Shown: piece by piece, positions 59,179 through 64,000 of the stretch | Numbering within the stretch: the first letter of the stretch is position 1 | Layout: each line of letters begins with the position of its first letter | Origin: Deltaproteobacteria bacterium | GTDB taxonomy: Bacteria > Desulfobacterota > Binatia > UBA1149 > SPBQ01 | Reading direction: 5' to 3' | DNA length: 64,000 nt | Assembly: GCA_029262375.1 (NCBI GenBank) | Contig: JAJCZM010000044.1 | Location: 41,833 to 105,832, forward strand | Notes under the pieces: model-generated | The model's input: only the letters and a program-made list of their open reading frames with translations | Databases searched by the model: none | Told to the model about the DNA's origin: nothing | Program-made: the position numbers and the translations under genes

Positions 59179-60945
59179 ATGCCCGACTCCCGAAAATCGT
59201 GCTCTCGTTTGAGTCTAAAGACCGCGGCACCCGCCCTTGCCGTTTTGGTCCATCTCGTAGGCGCAACCTCGGCGGGCACTGTCTGGGCGGTTGAGCCGAC
59301 GGCGCCGCCTGCTCCGGTCACAAGGGCCTCCGCATCGACTCCGTCAACGGCCTCGACCTCGTCCACCGACGCTTACGTCCAGGGCTTGATCGATTCGCTT
59401 TCCGCACGCGCGGCAGAGCCGGTTGCAATCAGTCTTCGCGACGCCGTTTCAGCATCGGTCGCCAACAACCCGGGCACCCGAGCCGACAGGCGCGTTCCCG
59501 AGGCCGAGCTGCACGGCGTCATCGATGCCGCCTCCGCGTTCGAGCCGGTCATCGGCATCGATGCCGGTTACCGCAGATCGAAGCTCGCTACCGCGGATGC
59601 GTTGTCGGGCGTAACGCCGGTCGATGCTGACGGAAACCCGATCCCGCAAGATCCTTCGTCGCAGGTGCGTGAAGACGACCGCTATCAGGCGGATTTTTCG
59701 ATCCGCAAGATGTTTCGTACCGGCGCACGCGTCGGCCTTCGGTGGGAGAATGCACGGGCGACCAGCAACTCCCGATTCGAAGAACTGTCGCCCAACTTCG
59801 AACCCGTCATCGGCGTTCGCCTGCAACAGCCGTTGCTGCGCGATTTCGGCGCAGTCAGCGCGAATACCAATGTTCGCATTGCCAACGAGACCTCGCGCCA
59901 AGCCGCCGCGGATTTCGAAGAGACGCTTTCCAGCTTCGTATACGACGTGATCTCGGCGTACTGGAACTACGTGTTGGCGGATGCTGAACTCGAGGTCGAC
60001 CGCCATGCACAACGCCTCGCGCAAGAACTCGCTGTCGAAGCACGGCGACGCGTCGACGTGGGCAGCCTTCCGCCCGTCGCCGCACAAGAAGCACTCGCCG
60101 ACGCTGCGGCACGCGAGGAAGAAACGATCGCGTCAGAGCAGGCGCTGAGCGTGGCCGCGAGGAAGCTGCAATATCTGGTCATGTACACGGAGCGAGCCGG
60201 CGGCATGCCGCGCGCGCTGGTTCCCGCGGACGATCACAACGTAGTCGTCCAATCGGTCGATAAGGCCGAAAGCCTCAAAACCGCCGTCACGCGCCGCGCG
60301 GTCGTGCAATCCGCTCGTATCGATCTGAAGACATCGATGCTCGAGGAGAAGCAACGGCGCACGAACCTCCTTCCGAGCCTGGATCTCGTGGGTAGCTACG
60401 AAATGGTCGGCCTCGGCGGAGTCAACGAGAACCGAATGGCGGATGAATACGACGCGCTCGGCGACTCCTTCGACGTACTTACGAGCGGCGATTCGTTCCG
60501 CTACTCGGTCGGCGTCGAATTTGAAGTACCGCTGTCGAACGCGTCAGCACGCGCCCGTCACACGCGCGCCACGATCGAAACGCACAGACAAGCAGACTTA
60601 CTGCGCCAGACGATCACCGACGTAGCGCTGGAAGTCGACGAAGGAGCCGGTGATCTAACTGCCGCATACAAGCGCGTTGCAGCGGCCAATCTTGCGCGAG
60701 AATTGGCCGAGGAGAACCTGCGCCAGCAGCAGCGCCGTTACGAAGTAGGTAAGGTCACCACGACCGACGTGCTGGATTTCCAAGAAAAGTTAGCTGATGC
60801 GATGGCGACTGAGGCGCGCGCGATCACCGATCATGCAAAGGCCAACGCCGAGCTTCGCCGAGCGGAAGGGACGCTATTGGATTACTTCGGGATTCGCGTG
60901 AGCTTCGACAACGCACCCGATATTCCATGGTGGGCGAAGTTCTAA
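59179..60945 (+). CDS. TolC-family outer-membrane efflux protein
   Basis: ISLRDAV..SVANNP, LQQPLLR, AYW, LLPSLDL, FEVPL.N, RYEVG..TT.DVL. Start uncertain. Confidence 0.9.
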   Translation: MPDSRKSCSRLSLKTAAPALAVLVHLVGATSAGTVWAVEPTAPPAPVTRASASTPSTASTSSTDAYVQGLIDSLSARAAEPVAISLRDAVSASVANNPGTRADRRVPEAELHGVIDAASAFEPVIGIDAGYRRSKLATADALSGVTPVDADGNPIPQDPSSQVREDDRYQADFSIRKMFRTGARVGLRWENARATSNSRFEELSPNFEPVIGVRLQQPLLRDFGAVSANTNVRIANETSRQAAADFEETLSSFVYDVISAYWNYVLADAELEVDRHAQRLAQELAVEARRRVDVGSLPPVAAQEALADAAAREEETIASEQALSVAARKLQYLVMYTERAGGMPRALVPADDHNVVVQSVDKAESLKTAVTRRAVVQSARIDLKTSMLEEKQRRTNLLPSLDLVGSYEMVGLGGVNENRMADEYDALGDSFDVLTSGDSFRYSVGVEFEVPLSNASARARHTRATIETHRQADLLRQTITDVALEVDEGAGDLTAAYKRVAAANLARELAEENLRQQQRRYEVGKVTTTDVLDFQEKLADAMATEARAITDHAKANAELRRAEGTLLDYFGIRVSFDNAPDIPWWAKF

Positions 60946-60980
60946 CGCCGCCGCTGCGGGCAGCTCGTTAGGCCAGATCG

Positions 60981-61538
60981 TTAGTTGATCAAGTTCATGA
61001 ACTCAGTACGCGTGTCTCGCTGCTGAAAGCTTCCGAGTAGAGCACTGGTGACAACCGACGAATTGGGTTTCTCGACCCCGCGCATTCGCATGCACAGATG
61101 TTCCGCGCGCACGACTACTCCGACACCGAGTGGGTGAAGCGTCTCTTGAAGCGTAGACGCGATCTGCGACGTCAACCGTTCCTGCACCTGCAACCGTCGG
61201 GCGAAACACTCCACTACGCGCGCGAGCTTGCTGATTCCGACAATGTGGCGATCCGGAATGTAGGCAACGTGCGCACGGCCGTAGAAAGGCATCATGTGAT
61301 GCTCACACAACGAGAAGAAGTCGATGTCTCGCACGATGATCATCTCCGAGTATTCCTCGGTAAACAGTGCATCGCCGATGACGGTCTTCGGATCTTCGCC
61401 GTAGCCTTTGGTCAGATACTCGTAAGCGCGTGATACACGATCGGGCGTCTTTACCAGACCTTCCCGCTCGGGATCTTCGCCGAGATCGAGAAGCATCTCG
61501 CGGATCAGTTCGGGGCGGACTTGTCGCTTGTCGCTCAT
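60981..61538 (-). CDS. folE: GTP cyclohydrolase I
   Basis: [45 protein letters not shown]. Confidence 0.97.
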   Translation of the reverse strand: MSDKRQVRPELIREMLLDLGEDPEREGLVKTPDRVSRAYEYLTKGYGEDPKTVIGDALFTEEYSEMIIVRDIDFFSLCEHHMMPFYGRAHVAYIPDRHIVGISKLARVVECFARRLQVQERLTSQIASTLQETLHPLGVGVVVRAEHLCMRMRGVEKPNSSVVTSALLGSFQQRDTRTEFMNLIN

Positions 61539-61577
61539 TAGGAAATTACCAAGTCGTGACGACGGATGGGATGAGGC

Positions 61578-62663
61578 TCAGGGGGTCCCGTCGCTGCCAG
61601 TACCACCCGCACCGCCTTCCCCGCCCGCACCGCCTTCGCCTTCTTCGCCGTCGGTCTTCACGCGCTGGTATTTGCGATAGTCATAGCCGGTCGCCATGGC
61701 CATCAGCAGGCCTTCCATGCCGCCTTCCTTCTCGCGACGCAGCACACGGAGTCGGTCGAAGTAGCGACGGAAGTCGTCGTTGATGCGCTGCGCTTCTTCT
61801 CGATCGGAAGCGAAGAACTCGTGCAGCCGAATGACGGCAAATCTGAGCGCTGCGAAACGAAGTTCGTTCGGGAAGGAATCCCACTCGGCGAGGGACAGTG
61901 TACGTACCGACTCGTAGCCGGCCATCAGGGCCTCGAAGCGATCGAGATGGAATGTGCCATCCGAGAAGCACAGCGAGTTCACCGCCGTGGCCAGGTCGTA
62001 GACGTATTTTCCGCGACAGGCGGCATCAAGATCGCCGATACTCGTGATCTCGTCAGCGCCAAAGAGCATGCAGTACTTATGAATCGTCCCGTGAATGATT
62101 CCCTTGGGGAGCTTCGTCTCGAGGTAGTTGCCGAGATACTCGGTTTCTTCATCGAGCGTTCGGACGATCTTCTTGAAGTAGTGAGGCATGCGCCGTCTGA
62201 CGGCAGCGTAGGTCTCGAAGATGCGGTCGAAGCCATAGCGGTTTTCGATGGTCTTCTTGTAACCGCGACCGACCATGTGGAACTGGCCGATCAACTGACC
62301 AGCACTGTTAATCTGGTCTAGAGAGAAGTTCTCTTCGTCGAGATAATTGCCTGCGGCCAATTGGTACAGCACGAGGCAGTAACCGCCGCGCTCGAGGAAC
62401 TGTCGTCCGCGAAGATCGCAGACTACGCGTGGTGACTGGAAGTTGTGCTTCTCGAAGAACGCGAGAAGGTCGAGCTCGCGGCGCAGATCGAACTCGTCTT
62501 CGATACTCTTGAAGCGCAGTTCGTGCGGCCCTTTGGGCGTCTCGACGCGATAGCGGCGATTCCCCCATGCAGGAATAGGCCCGGATCCGGGCCCCGGTTT
62601 GCCGAGGCCGAACTCGGCCAGCAATTCAGCGAGTTCATCTTTTTCGAGAGGCGGTAATTCCAC
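61578..62663 (-). CDS. type II homoserine kinase/APH-fold protein with degenerate catalytic loop
   Basis: LPKGIIHG, GDLDAAC, YDLATAVN, GYESVRTLS..E, LRFAALRF; HxD replaced by HGT. Confidence 0.8.
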   Translation of the reverse strand: MELPPLEKDELAELLAEFGLGKPGPGSGPIPAWGNRRYRVETPKGPHELRFKSIEDEFDLRRELDLLAFFEKHNFQSPRVVCDLRGRQFLERGGYCLVLYQLAAGNYLDEENFSLDQINSAGQLIGQFHMVGRGYKKTIENRYGFDRIFETYAAVRRRMPHYFKKIVRTLDEETEYLGNYLETKLPKGIIHGTIHKYCMLFGADEITSIGDLDAACRGKYVYDLATAVNSLCFSDGTFHLDRFEALMAGYESVRTLSLAEWDSFPNELRFAALRFAVIRLHEFFASDREEAQRINDDFRRYFDRLRVLRREKEGGMEGLLMAMATGYDYRKYQRVKTDGEEGEGGAGGEGGAGGTGSDGTP

Positions 62664-62839
62664 GTTGTTTGTTTGTCCGGAGTGCCTCGGGGCGAGCGCC
62701 GGTCCTGCGCGTCAATAGCTCAAATGCCAGCAATGTCAATGTTTTACACTTGACCACTGTGCGAGCTGGAAGCGCGTGCACGCTGCTGCGGGCCACTGCC
62801 TGCACTGTTGCGCAGCCACACGGCGCATCGGGAAAAAGT

Positions 62840-64000
62840 TCAAGAATGATCGTGCGCTCGAGCCGCCTGGTCGAGTACATCCTCGTCATGATCGACCGCG
62901 GCGAGATAGCGTGCGATCTCGTCTCGACGCCGTTCGTCATCCCAGTCCAGGCGCGACGCCATCAAGTCGGCGACCCTTGTGGCCATGTCGTGACTCCGCT
63001 CACGGCTCCTGAGATGGATGTGCAATCGCCGCTCGAGCACATCGCGCAGCGTCAGGGCCATCTCGTGATCGACTGCGTACGCCACTTCCGCCGCCAGATC
63101 TGGAAGATCGGCGACCAGCGGTTTTCGCAGCGTTTCATCGTCTCGCGACATCGCGGCGACCTCGGAACCACGCGCGCCGTAGCGCCAGCGAAGGTGTTCC
63201 TGGAAGGACTCAGGCGGCTCGTCGAGCACGCCCCCAGGAGCGATCCCAGCGGCTCCGGGCAACGCAACCTGCGTCGTGCGGCATCTGCCGACCTGCCGCC
63301 CGATCCGCTTTCCGATCGCATTCGTCAATCGTTCGGCCACGTGGCGATGGGTCGTGAGTTTCCCGCCCCCGAGCGAAATCAATCCCGATGGGCTTTCGAA
63401 AATCTGATCGTCCCGACTGATCTCCGACTCCGACATCGCGTCTTCCGGGGCCACCAGTGGGCGCAAGCCCGCGTAGGTGCTCACGATGTCCTTGGCCCTC
63501 GCATCGGCATCGGGGAAACAGGAATTCACCGTTGCAAGGATGTACTCGATGTCATTTTTGTCGGCTGCGACGCTGGCAGGATCTCCGTCGAAGTACGTAT
63601 CGGTGGTTCCGACGAGGGTCTTGTCCTGCCAGGGAATCGCGAACATCACGCGATGGTCCCCCGCGCCCCGGATGACGACGGCGTCCCGGTTACCGATCTT
63701 CGACCGATCGAAGACCGCGTGTACTCCCTTGGTCAGTCGCAGCCGCGGCGGCGCACCCGCGTCGTCGAGGCAACGGACGCGATCAATCCAGGGCCCCGTC
63801 ACGTTGATGAAACAACGCGCACGTGCGCGCGTCGTCCGACCGGTAATGCAGTCACGAATGCGCGCACCGGCGAGTCGCCCGGCGCTGTCTTTCTCGAGCT
63901 CGACGACCTCGGAATAGTTCAACACCGTCGCACCGCAGTCGCGCGCGGCAACCATCGTCTCGACGGTCAGGCGCGCGTCGTCGGTCCAGCAATCGTAGTA
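62840..64000 (-). CDS. glpD: FAD-dependent glycerol-3-phosphate dehydrogenase (5'-partial)
   Basis: YYDCWTDDARL at the window edge, INVTGPW, KGVH, GTTD, YAGLRPL, SRD, GGKLTT.R. Confidence 0.93.
   Translation of the reverse strand, partial: YYDCWTDDARLTVETMVAARDCGATVLNYSEVVELEKDSAGRLAGARIRDCITGRTTRARARCFINVTGPWIDRVRCLDDAGAPPRLRLTKGVHAVFDRSKIGNRDAVVIRGAGDHRVMFAIPWQDKTLVGTTDTYFDGDPASVAADKNDIEYILATVNSCFPDADARAKDIVSTYAGLRPLVAPEDAMSESEISRDDQIFESPSGLISLGGGKLTTHRHVAERLTNAIGKRIGRQVGRCRTTQVALPGAAGIAPGGVLDEPPESFQEHLRWRYGARGSEVAAMSRDDETLRKPLVADLPDLAAEVAYAVDHEMALTLRDVLERRLHIHLRSRERSHDMATRVADLMASRLDWDDERRRDEIARYLAAVDHDEDVLDQAARAHDHS

Overview
GC-rich, densely coding bacterial chromosomal segment with about 58 CDS. 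I see no rRNA, tRNA, CRISPR array, transposase or prophage. The gene content suggests a delta-proteobacterial-type lineage, possibly Candidatus Binatia; this is an inference, not a search result. Core content: (i) acyl-CoA and B12 metabolism (cobalamin adenosyltransferase, Hbd, split methylcrotonyl-CoA carboxylase, EtfBA with a FadF-type membrane Fe-S oxidoreductase, and a Na+-translocating methylmalonyl-CoA decarboxylase operon that includes methylmalonyl-CoA mutase); (ii) a quality-control cluster (rnr, degQ, hsp20, sppA, htpX, pepP); (iii) housekeeping genes (purA, serA, folE, dusB, ggt, argA-like, glpD). The most unusual element is a pair of paralogous, secreted, very cysteine-rich ~700-aa proteins of no family I recognise (2870-4912 + and 47456-49690 -). 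They share a duplicated D-x-K/R-G-K-I helical N-domain and a disulfide-rich C-domain ending in CP, and one sits next to a LolA-like gene. The window also holds several apparent pseudoenzymes (an ADP-ribosylglycohydrolase and a homoserine-kinase homolog lacking catalytic residues, and a HisKA-REC protein with no ATPase domain), a PTPS-III-type FolB-bypass enzyme, and several short intergenic repeats including a triplicated Shine-Dalgarno.
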